From Camelus dromedarius (lineage: Eukaryota): DNA of 64,000 nucleotides. The position numbers and the translations under genes were made by a program. Below are positions 1-12,830 of the stretch, piece after piece. The notes under the pieces were generated by a model. The model saw nothing but the letters and a program-made list of their open reading frames with translations. It was not told the origin of the DNA and did not search any database. Location: contig NC_087447.1 in assembly GCF_036321535.1 (NCBI RefSeq), positions 42,782,001 through 42,846,000 of the forward strand, read 5' to 3'. Positions within the stretch are counted from its first letter, which is position 1; the number at the start of each line of letters is the position of its first letter.

Positions 1-699
1 TGACCCTGTCTAATGAAGTAACTTTATCTCCTCCTCTGACTTTCACTCTGTGTTCCCTGACCTTGCTTCCAGCCCCACCTGGCAATCTTTCCCACTTGAA
101 GTCAGTCTCTCCCTTCACATATATCTCCTTCCCTCATTTGTGGTGCTGACTTGCATGTTCATTGCTTGCAACCTTCTTCATAGGTCTCCTGGCATAATTA
201 GGACTTGGGACTTCATGCCAAGGGTCCTTCAGTGCTCTGGCCTCACAGTCCCTCCATCTTTTCCACTCTAAAGACTTCATCTTCTTTTCTCTTAAGGTAT
301 TCGTAGCATGGCCATACCTTTGGCCTTATCACTTGCAGCCATTCCACTTTCAGGATCCTAAACTCTGAAATTCCATTCCCTCCCCAAGCTCCTAAAGGCT
401 TACCCTCCCCACCAACACTTTCATGGCCCTCTCTGGACAGCTGGCTGTCCAGCCTTTCCCAACCCTGAGGAGTGCCTGCTTATTGTTCTGTCAGCCTGAA
501 CCTCAAAGACAGGAATTCCAGTTGTGTGCTTGATTACCTGAGTGCCCTCCCTCTCTTACCCTGTCTATAATCTCCACTCCTGGTGGACCACTAAAACAGA
601 CGTCTCTGCCGTAGCCTCCAGATTTCTGAGTATGGCTTCATCTTTCAGAAGCACAGTTCTTGACCCATCATTCCTTTCATTTCCCAAAGAAAAGATAAG

Positions 700-1180
700 A
701 TCCTTAATTTGGTTCTCAAAGGCCTGTAAGATCTGATATTTCTCTGTCTTTCCAGCTTTCCTTCTCCCTGGTCTACTTCCAGTTAAACCCCCGTCAGACT
801 GAACATCTTGCTCTGCTTCATATGCTTCTACTTTCCTGCCCTTAAGACTTTTGCTTATGTGTTTGCGTCTGCCCAGGATTGCCCCTGTATTCTTCTGCCA
901 TTTGATCTTCCAGGACCAGTGGGAGGGTGGCCCTCTCTATGAACCCTTCCTGCTTCTTCAGTTAGAAGTAATCTCTTCTACTTAAATCCACAGACTTTCA
1001 CCTCTCTAATGGCACTTAAAATAGTCTTCCTGGTAGTTGTTATATTTGTATTTTTATTGTATCTGCGTTACTAGAATGTAAGCTCTTTGAGGATGGACCC
1101 ATGCCTAATGTATTTGGTGCCCCAACCAGCATGTTAGTTTACACATGGTTGGTGTTCAGTATGTGTTAGTTGAATGTATA
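700..1180 (+). mobile_element. L2 3' fragment
   Basis: ctagaatgtaagctctttgagga...gttggtgttcagtatgtgttagttgaatg L2 terminus. Confidence 0.65.
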
Positions 1181-4100
1181 CACGACCATAAGTGTGAATG
1201 GAAGGAAGAGAGACTCTTGCCTGGGCTAGGCAGAGACTGTACTTAAAGCTTCATACCCCTTCTCCTGCTCTAGTGAGTGAAGAATCAGACTTAGCTTGAC
1301 CTGGCTCAGCAGAAGAATAACCCCACCTCCTGACCTACTTTGCACCTGGGGGAGCACGAAGCTTGTCCTTCTGTGGGAGTAGGAGCCTTGAGTACCAAGA
1401 GTTCCATCAGGGTGTTTTCAGGTTTAGGGAGTTGGGCTGGCTGCATTCTCTGCTCGCTAGGGGAGAGGATTTCGCAGTAGTGCAGAGAAAGGAAACACTG
1501 AGCGTGCTCTTGGCAGAGGTAGGAGCAGAGGGACTGGAGAGCATGGTGACCCTGAGGGGAGGGTTTATTTTCGTGGTCAGGCCCGTCTCTTTCCTCCTTA
1601 CCTCCCAGGGCTGAGCCTCAGTTGGATATGGGAAAACACTATGGGTATATTTGCCTTTTTCCCGGCCTTGGGACCTTGAGTCATACTCCAACTTGTCATC
1701 TCAAACAGCCTTTTGTCTCGTTCTGTCCAACTACTGTTTGTCCTTTAAAACCTGGCTCACAGGAATCCTGTCCTGAGCTACTCACGCCCCTCCACTCCCA
1801 CCACGGTTCTTTAGATTACTTGTAGTCTGATTCTCACATTTGAACTATTTTCTTTTGTATCCTATTTCCCGACAATAGCCTGTGAGCTCCTTGAGTGCAG
1901 CCATGACTCCCATGAGTCACGGCTCATGTTTTTTTCTCTTCTGCTGAAAACAAAGCAGTGATTGGTAACTGCTGTTGATTTTATTGAGGAGCCTGATACT
2001 GGAACTTGGAAAATGATTCGTAGCAGGAAAACTGAAGTTGGGAAAGGACGCGAAGGTAAAACTTAGCCTTGGGCCGCCTCTCTGGAGTCTGGGTCTAGGG
2101 AGGCGTTGCCTGTTCCTCTTTACTATCTCCTAGTGTGTAAGGGAGGAGAGTGGTTTTCCTGAATTTGGGCTTTTGAAGCTCTGCCTGCCAGCAGTAGTCA
2201 GCATCTAGGCAGGTAAGAGAATGAGGTGTTCAGGGTGTGACCTCCTGGGAAGGAGAGGTAGGGCCGATGGTTGGGGCCCCACACAGCTGTGACCGACTTG
2301 GGGTGAACTGGCTCCATGCCGGTTCTCCTAGTGCATGGGAGCTATAGACCTTCATGGTCGACTGGGGCTCGGAGGATCCCTTACAGCCTCTTCCCTGAGC
2401 TGGAAGCAGGATGGGGAGCAGCAGGCCAGTTGGCTGACTTGCCTTTTCTGCCTTGAAATACTTTGTTTCTGTTGCTAACAACAGACATGGGTAGTGTAAA
2501 TAAAACTCAGACATGCAGACACATAGACACATATGTGGAGACTGAAAATTTGAGTTGTCAGGGGCAGGGGGAGGGGCTGAGGTGGAAGGGGACTGAAAGT
2601 GTGTAGCTGAGTCTCTGAAGACGCTTAGTGTGCCCCCGGCCCTGTCTTCAGCCTTTGGCGATGGGCTGCCTTCCGGAGTCACTGAGTGGGGACAGCCTGG
2701 GCAGTCAAGGAAGAGATGATGCTGTCTGGTTGCCACAGGTTTCAAAGACTAGGTGCCTGTTACAGTTAATGCAAAGCTTTGCTCAGGCTTTGCTCAGGCG
2801 TATACTCCTCTGCACTAGATGCTGGTGATCCGAGGGCTGGTGGCAGCTTCTTCTTTCTGTCCTGCCTTTTCTTCAAGGCTTTTGTCACTGGTCTGTTACT
2901 GTGCTCGCATGAGGTGTGCTTGGATCAGCAGCAGCTGTGGCCTTTCTGACAGCCCTGACTTAGCAGAGCCACCCGAGGTCTGCACCCTAAACACATGACT
3001 GGCCTTTTGGGTGAGCTCCTGAGCTTCTTTAGTATGGACTGGGACCCATCCAGCCTTGCTAGGAGGGGTGGTCTTACTAGCAGGAGGCTGAATACTTAGT
3101 GCATGAGAAGTAACAGTTGAGTCTCATGTGAGATGAGCTTTCAGTGACTCTGAGGTTCAGGTAGAGTGGGATGAGGTTGGGTGATGAGGTAGACTGTGAG
3201 TCTCTATTGCTGGAAATATAAGTAGGGATGGTTTTGGTGTTCTCTCTCCCTTCCTCCTTGGGTCTAAAAGGTCTCTAAAATTACACCTGGAGAGCCTCTT
3301 CTGTTTCTGATTGAGGGGGAAAAGAGGAACTGCACTGATATGATAGGTCATGTGGACTTGTTACATTGGTTACTACAGGAGTCAAGACCAAGGTGCATGT
3401 GAATGAGTTATCTTTTTTTTTTTTTTTAACAATTTAGGAGGTATGCAGGATTATTCCTGTAATAATAGCAATCAGACTCATATTCCGATAACCTTTCTTG
3501 AATAGGAGCGAGAGGAGTAAAGTTACTATTAGGGTCTGAGAATTGCATGTTACCCTGGAGAGGCCTGAAGAGGTTGCCTCCCTTGTGGCCTCCAGTAGCT
3601 GTGTGGTCACGGTGGCACTGGGAAGTCTGGGAACTCCTGAGGACAGGGTTGGTCATTTTCTCTCTGTTCCCTGGCTTAGGGTAGGAGTGTGAAGCCCTGT
3701 GCCTGATCTTTAGGTGGGGTTTTTATTGAGAGGGTTGGACCCCACCTACCTCTGAAGCTGCTAAAACTCCAAAGCAATGCAGGAGGCAGTGCTCCTCAAG
3801 GCTGTCAGAGACAGTGATGGTTCTTGTAGTAGAATACATTCTAAACCACCAAGCCTGAGGGGCTTCTTAGAACAGCTGAAGGAGAGGTAGGAAGACCTCA
3901 TCCAACTGGACTTCATCTCTGCCCCAACAAGTGCTGCAGCCAGCTGCTTCTGCGGTCTGATTGTTGACTCCCCTACCTGCACACTTCAGGTGAGCAGGGA
4001 GGTTCATGTTGAATCCCTTCCCACCAGTTAGCATGGAGGACTGTGTTGTTTTTCTTACTGTGTCCTCAGTGTCTGCCCTAGTGCCTGGCATGAGGGAGGT

Positions 4101-4288
4101 GCCTGGTCATTGTTTGTGGATCTAATGGTTTTCCAACCTAAGTTTAAGAGGGACCTTAGACTGGGCCATGGAGCATGGATAGGATTTGGATAGCAGGGAG
4201 GACGGAAAATACTGAGCATAAAAAACATGGATGCAGCAATGGACATGTTTGGAGAAAGAGTCATCCTGCCTGGAGAGAAAAGTGCATT

Positions 4289-4320
<32 letters not shown>

Positions 4321-4330
4321 CGTGTGTGCA
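4289..4330. repeat. Imperfect (TG)n microsatellite
   Basis: Read directly. Confidence 0.9.
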
Positions 4331-6215
4331 AGTCTTGTGCCTTTGTGTGGAGGGAATGGAGGATGGGATGGGGGTGGTGGTGGTAGGGTGGGGGGAGTTG
4401 AAGGAGGAGGAAAGACGAAGAGGGAGGTGAGATTGGTTGGCAGCATTGGACAGGGTTCTGGAAGAACTGGAGGAATCTGAATTTGGTATGATTGGCAGTT
4501 AAGGAGTCCCGAGGAATGACATGATGGTATTGAGATTGCAGGATACGTAGCTTGTCATTTATGAGCAGAGGACTGGAGATGGAAGAAGAAAGGGAAATTA
4601 GTAATGATAATAGTAACACTTCACATTTATTTAAGTGCCTCCATGGGCTGGCACTCGATACAGTACTCTGTGTAATCAGAGACCATTGTAGTAAACTTGG
4701 TATGAGGCGATTAGCTGGAGAAAAATTGCACAGAAGATGACATAGTTAGCTTCTTCATTTTTGGCTATATTTGGCTCTTATTTGGTTAAATAAGAAATAG
4801 CTCCAAGGACATCTTCTTCCTGAGCTCTGCTTCCCAAAACGTGTCCTTGAAGCCGCTGGAGCTGGGACTGTTATCTGGCTCGGCTGGGCGGCTGAGCTTT
4901 TGCGTACTCCCTGCCAGGAACTAATGTCCTTGGGCCTCAGCTGGGGTGTGTCCCCAGTACAGCCATCTGGAAGGTCAGAGAAATTAGCCACTAGAATGTA
5001 CCCATTAGTGCTTCGAGGGGTTACAACCTGTCAGTGGAATCCCAAGCCTGGGAACTGCTTCTCACAGGCTTTTCAGAGTTGGAACAAGCTCACTGTTCTA
5101 GCACTGACTGCTCCCTTATTTGGACACTGAATTTTCAGGGTGAGACGGGACTTCTCTTTCAGTTTAGGAGAGTTTTTTAAGGACCTTATGTCCTTGTGAG
5201 CGATCTTCAGAGACACAACATGACATCAGAGCTGTACCTTTCTTCACCTGATTCTGTCCTTGACCTCCAGCCCATCCACTTATGAGACCGGGCTGGGGCC
5301 TCAGTCTTGCTGGGGGGAAATGGACAACACATCATGGAGCCAGAAGTCAGGGTGGCTGAGGCTCAAGAGTCTGGCTCCAGGGCTTACGGGAGACTTCATG
5401 CCCAGCCTTGGGGCTTATCTCTTGGCTTTGGAGAACTTACTGTGCCCATTGCCTTGGCAGGTTTGTAGTTTATCAGGCCAGCTTGATGTGGGGCCAAGGT
5501 GGGGAGCAGGTTGCGGGGCGGGTGTGGGAGGTGGTAGTAGTGGTGCTGCTGGTGGGGAAGAGTCCTTTGTGGCAAATTTGAGAGCGGACTTCTTCCCCTG
5601 CCCACCTGACCACGGACAACTGATCCTACTGGAAGCCCCACTCTGTCAACTTCTGCCTTGCCTTTTGGTTGACCCCTGCGAACCGCAGGAAAGTAACTCA
5701 GCTGCTGACAGTGACACTGGATCCTGTTGGAGGAAGGGAAAGCAGGAAGGAGAAGAACATGTTTCTGTCAACAAAGGTGTGCTTTCGCTAGTTGGAACCC
5801 GCTGTAAGGCGGCTTTCAGCCCTTTGGGCGATGATGGTGGGCTTGCAGTGTAATGCCGGCCGTGGACGAGGCTGTGAATCATCACAGCACTAGGTCTGCC
5901 CAGGGGATCTGGGGCCTCCCGCCGCAGCTGCCAGGAACCCAAGGTGAAGGCTGCCTGAACTGAGGAGCTGCCACTGCCCAGAAGGAAAGTACCTTTGTCT
6001 GTGTTTTGTCCTTTCAGGCAATGTCTAATTTAATCTGCACAACAACACTCTGTGCTTGGAACTGTCCTCTCCATTTCATTGTTGAGGAAACTGAAGCTTA
6101 GAAAGGTTAGGTAACTCATCCACAGCTTCGTAACTGGTAGAGGCAGAGTTGGACTTTATATCCAAGATTACTCTTTTCTCATTATTGCTCACAAAGGAAA
6201 CCATGACAAGCCATT

Positions 6216-6300
6216 AATTTTAATAAACTTTTTATATTAAAATAGTTTTAGATTTACAGAAAAGTTGCAAAGAGAATACCGAGAGTTCCTGTAGACCCTG
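6216..6300 (-). mobile_element. Short L1M 3'-end insertion
   Basis: ttttagatttacagaaaagttgcaaaga L1 3' motif; 9-bp TSD CAAGCCATT at 6207-6215 and 6301-6309. Confidence 0.75.
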
Positions 6301-8119
6301 CAAGCCATTCATGTTTTCCTCCTCTTCTGGTCCATTTTATGAGGATTCATTGGGGGTGAGGTACAGATTTGGAGTAAGGACATTTTTTCTAGGGATTCCA
6401 ACTTGGTGATTTTTCAGCTAGAATTTTTGAAAGTCCATCAGAGAATAATATTTCTTCCCCACTTTTCCTCTGCTTCAGCCCTGCTGGACTGGTCTAGAGC
6501 TGGCTTTGCCATCTAGTTTCAGAGTCAAATACCCTACCTTCTGACCCTCTCTATAGAGTTGGGTAGCAGCTGAGTTTCAGAGAGGTAGCATAGACAGGTA
6601 GCTGTGGGGAGGATCCTTGCCAGCTAGGCTTCTGGACTTTCTTCTGCCTGATAACGGAGTGACAGGGAGGATGTTAATAGTTTCAGCTGGTGTTTCCTGG
6701 CCAGGAGCCAGAACCCTCCCAAGGGACGCAACGAGACCTATTTGCTTGGTTGCTCTCCTGAGTCTGTCCTGTATAGTGCAGAATGGTTTGTGGTGGTCTC
6801 TGCTCTGGGCCCAGGCCTCAGTCTACAAGCAGACAGGCTGGCTGTGGGCAGGATAATATCCGTGGGCAACTGATGTGCTTTGCTTGGGCCCCAGGCACAT
6901 TGTCCATTTAAGGGAAAGGGGTCTGCGATCTCCTTGGCTCTGGGTGTGAATGGGCTGGCCTGAAGTTTGCTTATGGCCTTTGCTGGATGTGCTTTTTCAA
7001 TGAGATCATTCCAGAATTACATTCCTATGAAATTATATTTCACTCAGGACATGAAGCTGGATTTGTGTAAAAGCACTGGCACTAAAACTCAGGGCTCAGA
7101 GCGGAGCAGGAATGAGAATCGGGAAGGAGGGGAAGACAGAAGTAGAGAGAAAACAGTTGTTAAAGGATTTTGCATTTAAAATTGGTGCACTGTAAGCATA
7201 CCAGGGAGTCGAGATTGCCACTCAGACCATGGAAAGGCAGACGTGACGTTTGCTGTCCCAGCTGCCTGCCACCCCCAGGCAGTGTGGGCTCCCCCTCCCA
7301 TGTCTGATTGTTCTCTCTTCACTTCTTCTGTTTGTGTCTCTCTCTGTTCTCTATTTTTGTCTCTGTCTCTGTTTCTCTGTTTTGGTCTCTCACAGATACA
7401 CACACTAGTGCACACACATACACCCTCTCCGTGCTGGCACTGTGAGATGATCATATTCTCTGTGATTCTGCCTTGCAGCCCTGAGTAAGTGCTGTTCTCT
7501 TAGCTCTGAATGTCCTCCTCTCCCTTCGTCTGTCCAGAAAACTCTGATCACTCTCTAAAACTCATTTCAGCATTGCTTTTCTGAGCTCTGTTGTGCTGCC
7601 CTCCAACAGTTATTTTCTGGCCCCTCTGTGCTGTCACCGTGCTTTGTGCATCCCACTCTTCCTGCACTTTTCATTGGTGTATTTGGAGGGCAAGGATTGT
7701 TCCCCCAGGGCTTGGTAAATAGTAGGTGCTCATTGAAAATGATTGTTGAAGAAAGGAACCAAATGAATGAAAAACTGGGTAGTGCAGGCAGAGCAAGCCA
7801 CAGAATGGTAGCTAACAAAGCAAAAGTGACGTTGGAGGCCAGCAGACGAGAGAGTCAGACTTGCAGAAAAGGTGGTGTATATGTGTATGCGTGTGCTCAC
7901 AAAAGCAGGGGGAGTTTGTGGAGAGGTAAGATAGAGCACCCAGTGGATTTTAAGTTCCATAGGCAGATTGCAGGGACTAGGGCTGGACTCCCTCAAGGTT
8001 AGATGAAAGTGCCTCCTGAATTATCCTTGCAAGGTCGGAGAAGGATGGAGAGGAGAAAGCTTTAGGCTTGGGGTTGGGATTCTGGGTGGTGGTGGCAATA
8101 ATACTCTTAGTAGTAAGAA

Positions 8120-8460
8120 CAACAGCAACAGTGATAACAGGTCCTTACTGTGAACCAGACACCATTCCAAGTACTTTTCGTATTTTAGCCCTTTCATTCT
8201 CCCAGTAAGCCCTGTAGTTACTGTTAATTGCTGATATATGAAGAACTGGGGTCGCACAGCTGCAGAGTAGTTCTAGACCTGGTTCTGCACTTACTGGCTA
8301 ACTTTGGGGCAAGACAAGCTCCCTGAGCCTCAGTCTCCTTTTTGGTAGAAATGGGGAAAATACCTATTGCATTTGACCTCTGGGGTTTATTTGGCAGACT
8401 CAGCTCAGGTAGCATGTGAAAGCGTTTTTGAAAAGTGTAAAGCATTCTCAAGTACTTGGA
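8120..8460. mobile_element. Two MIR fragments in opposite orientation
   Basis: cttactgtgaaccagacaccattccaag...; ttggggcaagacaagctccctgagcctcagtctcc MIR core. Confidence 0.6.
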
Positions 8461-11400
8461 GCCAGCGCTGGGGAAGAAGGATAACTTGCAGAGTAATTGT
8501 GGTTGAGGTACTGGGCTCATACTTAATGTGTGTGCTGCTCCGAGTGTGGGCCATGGCTGTACTTCCCAGCTGCACTGGGCTGGCTGGTGGCAGTACCTTT
8601 AATTATATTTAGAATCAGGATTTGAGCTTCCATTAAAGAATCAAGAAACCAGTTTTTAATAGAGCTAAATATATATGTGAAATATCACCAGAGACAGATC
8701 TTGAGGGCTAAGCAGGTCTTCCCTCCTAGCCAGGGAAGCAGTGGGGAAGCAGGCTGGTGGGCGTTTACTCTGTTGGGCCCTTGGGAACAGTGAGTCCCTG
8801 AAGCTGTTGACAGAGAGGCTGGCTCAGAGAGGTGGCCTGGGTCAGCTCCTGCAGCCCAGATGCACAGCAGTGGACTGCTAGATTCTGTGGGCTGCTGGGT
8901 GTGACCCGTTCTTCCTCAGAAAATTTGTGGGGAGTCTGAGAAGTTGCTTTAAATTGCTATTGCTTTTGTAATGGAGACTGTGTCCAATGAAGGGGTCCAT
9001 TTTTGTGGGCACTGGGCCCACAGAGGCGCCAACCTTTGGGCTTAGGAGTGAGCTGTGCTGAGCCAGGCAGTGGATGAGGAATATTGGTGCAGGGGTCAGA
9101 GGGGACAGTGTCTCCTTGTGCAGCCAAGGAAGAGCAATGTGGCCCCCTGAGGCCCGTCGCTAACCAGTATTCTCTGGACCTCCCTAAAGCTGAGCAGCCT
9201 CCTCCCTGAGGTCTCAGCTCAGCATGCCTCCAGCCTGACAGAAGCCTGGATTGGCCATGATGCCTGTGTGAATAATTATAGGTCACCGAACAGTACTGTA
9301 GTCAGCTACATCCCTCAAAAATGCCTAATTGTAGGCTACAAATGTGAAAATATACAAGAGCTTAGATACATGTCATACCTCATTACAGAGAGCAGTGGCG
9401 TGAGTCAGATGTGACCTGGGTGGCTTTTAGTATGTTGGGAGCTGTTTGGTGAGCATGCTGGCTGGCCCTGAAGCAGGGAGGAGGCATATTCCCCATGCTT
9501 CCCACAGGGAGACGGAGGACTTGGGGAAAGGGGGGAATATGACCACAGCTTGCTCTTCATACGTGCACTTACACAGCTAAACAAGGGTGGTCACTGAAGG
9601 TGCATGTGATTCCTCTTTGGGACTGTCTTCTGCACCAGTTTACAAACCACATTAGAAAATGTCACGTTTAGTCTCCGGATATTTGGCATTTGTGAGTCTG
9701 ATATCTTTGGCTTTAACTATTTCTAACACTCCTAAAGGCCTGTGGTATGTGGTAGTGTGTAAATTGCTGGCATGCAGGTTTGAAACAGCACTGCAAGGAC
9801 TCGGGAAGCAGATGCCTCGCTGCCGGTGAGCCCCTTCTAGTGCCCAGCGTCAGCGTGCCTGCTGCGCTCTGTAGGCCTCCCTTCAGAACTACCGGTGCAC
9901 TTACAGGGAAGGTGAAATGGGTCAGGACGAGGATTCTTAAAATGAGTCTGTGGAGGAACTTTGGGAGCTTGTGAACCCCCTAAAATGGTAGACAGAAATT
10001 TCTTAGAAATTTAGAAATTTTCTGTGGAGGCTCTTGGGGTTTATTAGATACGCACAGGGCTCTGTGACCTCGCAGTGAGTAACAGTGGCTGTGCTCTAAA
10101 GAGCGGAGATCTGGGGCAGTCTCACAATGCACCCTTTTTGTTGTGACGGCCCCGCAGTGTACTTGACAATTACTACTTATTCTGACCCAAGATTGCTCTT
10201 CTTTAGTTTGCCCCCTCTCTTGTCACACGGCTCTGAGTGAGTTAGCACCCTTGACGGATGCAGAGTTTCCTTCAGAGAAAATTCGGATAATGTTCCAAAG
10301 TCTCTGAGGGCAATTTCCAAACAGGAATTTCAGGAATGTTTTGAGACTGTATTAGAACAAAAATTCAGGCCTCTAAGGACTACTTTGAAGAGATTAAGGT
10401 CTGTGTATATTGTGTATCTGGCATATTGTGTGTCGTTATTGTTAAATCATCTGTTTCATTACCTAAAGTTTGACTCTCATACCCTCAGAAGTTGGAACCA
10501 AACCTATATCCCCAACACAAAAAAATAGAATATCTTGGAATTATTTCCTTGAAAATTGCTCTGTAGTTACTATGTTGTCATTCAGATGGCCCCCAGTAGG
10601 ATAATTGGCTCCTGGGGAAGTTCCTTAGAGAAGTGAGGGTATCTGAAATACCTCATTTTACCTAACTGGACCATGCTTATTTATTGCTGGGCTGAGGGAG
10701 CCCAGGTTCACATAGGAGCCCACTTTGTCTTGTCTAGAGGGTTTGGGGCACTTTGATAAAATGCCCAGCCTGGGTGGTCTGGTCTAGTCCATCATAGGGG
10801 CTGTCTCAGAATGAGGCCTCTCCCCAGCTGAGAAGGCAGCCTTAGCTTGGTCTAGATTTCTAGGCTTGTAAATAGTAGCAGTGGTGGTAGATAGGGTTTA
10901 TCGGTGGCTTTGGGGGTCCTCTTTCCTCTCAGTTTTAAATATTTCAGTCATCTCTAAGAATCAAGGAAATCTCATTGTTGAAAAGGACCTTACATGCCAC
11001 CTGTGCTAATCTACAGAGCAGGGGTGGGGCAGGGGGGCGGGGGGAGACCACTGACCTTACCTGCTTCTCTCACTGTTGTATCCCCAGCGTCTTAACTTAA
11101 CTGAGTAAGTGGCATGTGATAGGGGTTAAAAAATACTTATTGAATGGGAGAGTCCCTTCAGCAGACCACTATCCTCGCTTCACTTGTTTATTCATTTGAC
11201 AAATATTAATAAGTTCCAACTATGTGCCACTTATTCAGAATTCTGGGGTATACTATAGTCAACAAGACATTCTTTGTCCTCAAGAGCCTAGTCTGTAATT
11301 GAGAAGTTAGGAATTAAAAAGAACTTATGGTCTCTAATCGGAATTTAAGAATAAAAAATTCTCTCTCATTTTGGCCATTCTAGATCTTCTTATTTTCTGA

Positions 11401-11929
11401 GATCTCTTTGGGGGACCATAGAAAACATATCTAATCCCTTTTTCACATGAGAGCCTTTCAGAATTCTCAAGGCAATTATCAGCCTTCTACATCCACAGCC
11501 TTCTCTTCTCCAGGGTAAACATTCTCAGTTCCTTTAGTCATTTCTCCTGTGACATGCCTCTGAGTGCCCTCTCCATCCTGGTCACTATCCTTAGGATGCA
11601 GTCCAAACTGAGTCTGTTCCTCTGACAGTGTGGAGTCCAGTCAGTGCAATATCCCAAGCATTAATTTCCAGGGAACATTCCAGCCTGGAGCCTTTCCTGG
11701 ATTTCAGCTTTTCTCTGCTTCCTCTGGGCTCAGATGATGGATAATGGAAAGAGACAGTCCTGAACTAGACCAGACTGAGAACATATTCATGTTTGGCTAA
11801 TCCTGGAATTGAAAACTCCGTTTTGTGCCCTTTCTGCCTTAGCGCTCCCCCACCCCGCCCCTCTCCCCTTGGTATAGATGGATCTACATACAATACAGCC
11901 TTGCTGCCAGTGGCTGGCTTGCCTGGCCT

Positions 11930-12320
11930 TTTCTGAGTCATTGCCCTTCATTACCAGGAAAATTAGCATGAAAAAGCGAATTCCAGTTCTATAACTTTAT
12001 TCTCTTCCAGCCCTTTGTCACATTGTCTCACCCCACTCCCCACCGAAAATGACAAAAGTTGAGTCTTGTGACATCACAACAGTTGGCTATTGTATCAACA
12101 GCTGTGATGTCACCAACAGAGGATTATGACTTCAGGGAAGAATTGAGGGAGGCAGTGTTTTAGGCAAGAAACCCCTTGTGAACAAAGGTGTCATTTTCAT
12201 GCAGATCTTCGCCCAGAAAGCCCAATTGGCCATTCAGTCAGTGGATGGGCTGTCAGTGGACACCCGCTCCCAGATTCCCATCGTTCCCTCCCTCTGTGGA
12301 TTAATGGCTGGGTTTGTGGC
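11930..12320. promoter_or_regulatory. Candidate enhancer (AP-1, CRE-like, SOX and CCAAT motif cluster)
   Basis: TGAGTCA ~11934, GTGACATCAC 12068, GTGATGTCAC 12104, TGACTTCA 12127, AACAAAG 12181, CCAAT ~12222; no recognisable repeat. Confidence 0.35.
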
Positions 12321-12649
12321 CATTGCCCAAGTCTGAGCCTGTGTGGAAGTCCCCTGCTGGCCGGCTGGCTTCTGGGCTGGCTTGGGTTTTATTCATGAGG
12401 TCTGTGCTGAATAGAGCTTTTCAGGGAGGGAGTTCAGAGGGGCGCCTGGGAGCCTGGGGTAAAGCTGATGCAGATGTGCACAGCCTCTGGACTGAGAAGG
12501 AGCTGGTGGTGCTCTGTCAGCTGCAGTGGAAGCCTGAGTGTGCCATCCACTGGCCTGAGTGCTAGCTGCCCGCCTGCTGGGCAGGGTTGGGCCTGCCCTG
12601 GGAACTCCTCCTCAGCTGCTTGACACAGAGACTTAAAGACACCTGTTGC

Positions 12650-12822
12650 GTATAGCACAGGGAACTATATTCAATATCTTGTAGTAACTTACGGTGGAAA
12701 AAGATATGAAAATGACTCTATGTTCATGTATGACTGAAGCATTATGCTGAACACCAGAAATTGGCACAACATTGTAAAATGACTATACTTCAATCAATGA
12801 AAATATATATACGAAAAAAAAA
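12650..12822 (+). mobile_element. 5'-truncated L1 3' end with polyA tail
   Basis: gtatagcacagggaactatattcaatatcttgt...tatacttcaat plus A tail; flanking repeat cctgttgc at 12642-12649 and 12824-12831. Confidence 0.8.
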
Positions 12823-12830
12823 TCCTGTTG

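Noticed and set aside
2230..2745. 171-aa minus-strand ORF, and similar ones such as 63434..63976 and 53874..54362
   Set aside because: No domain similarity or exon structure; lengths are within chance expectation for this composition.
4122..4619. ORFs with CVCVCV/HTHTHT runs (also 33772-34126 and the 5' part of 54382..54978)
   Set aside because: Translations of (TG)n microsatellites and G-rich tracts.
5260..5853. 197-aa ORF on the + strand
   Set aside because: Non-ATG start, low-complexity Gly-rich content, no recognisable domain or convincing splice sites; consistent with a chance ORF in GC-rich intron.
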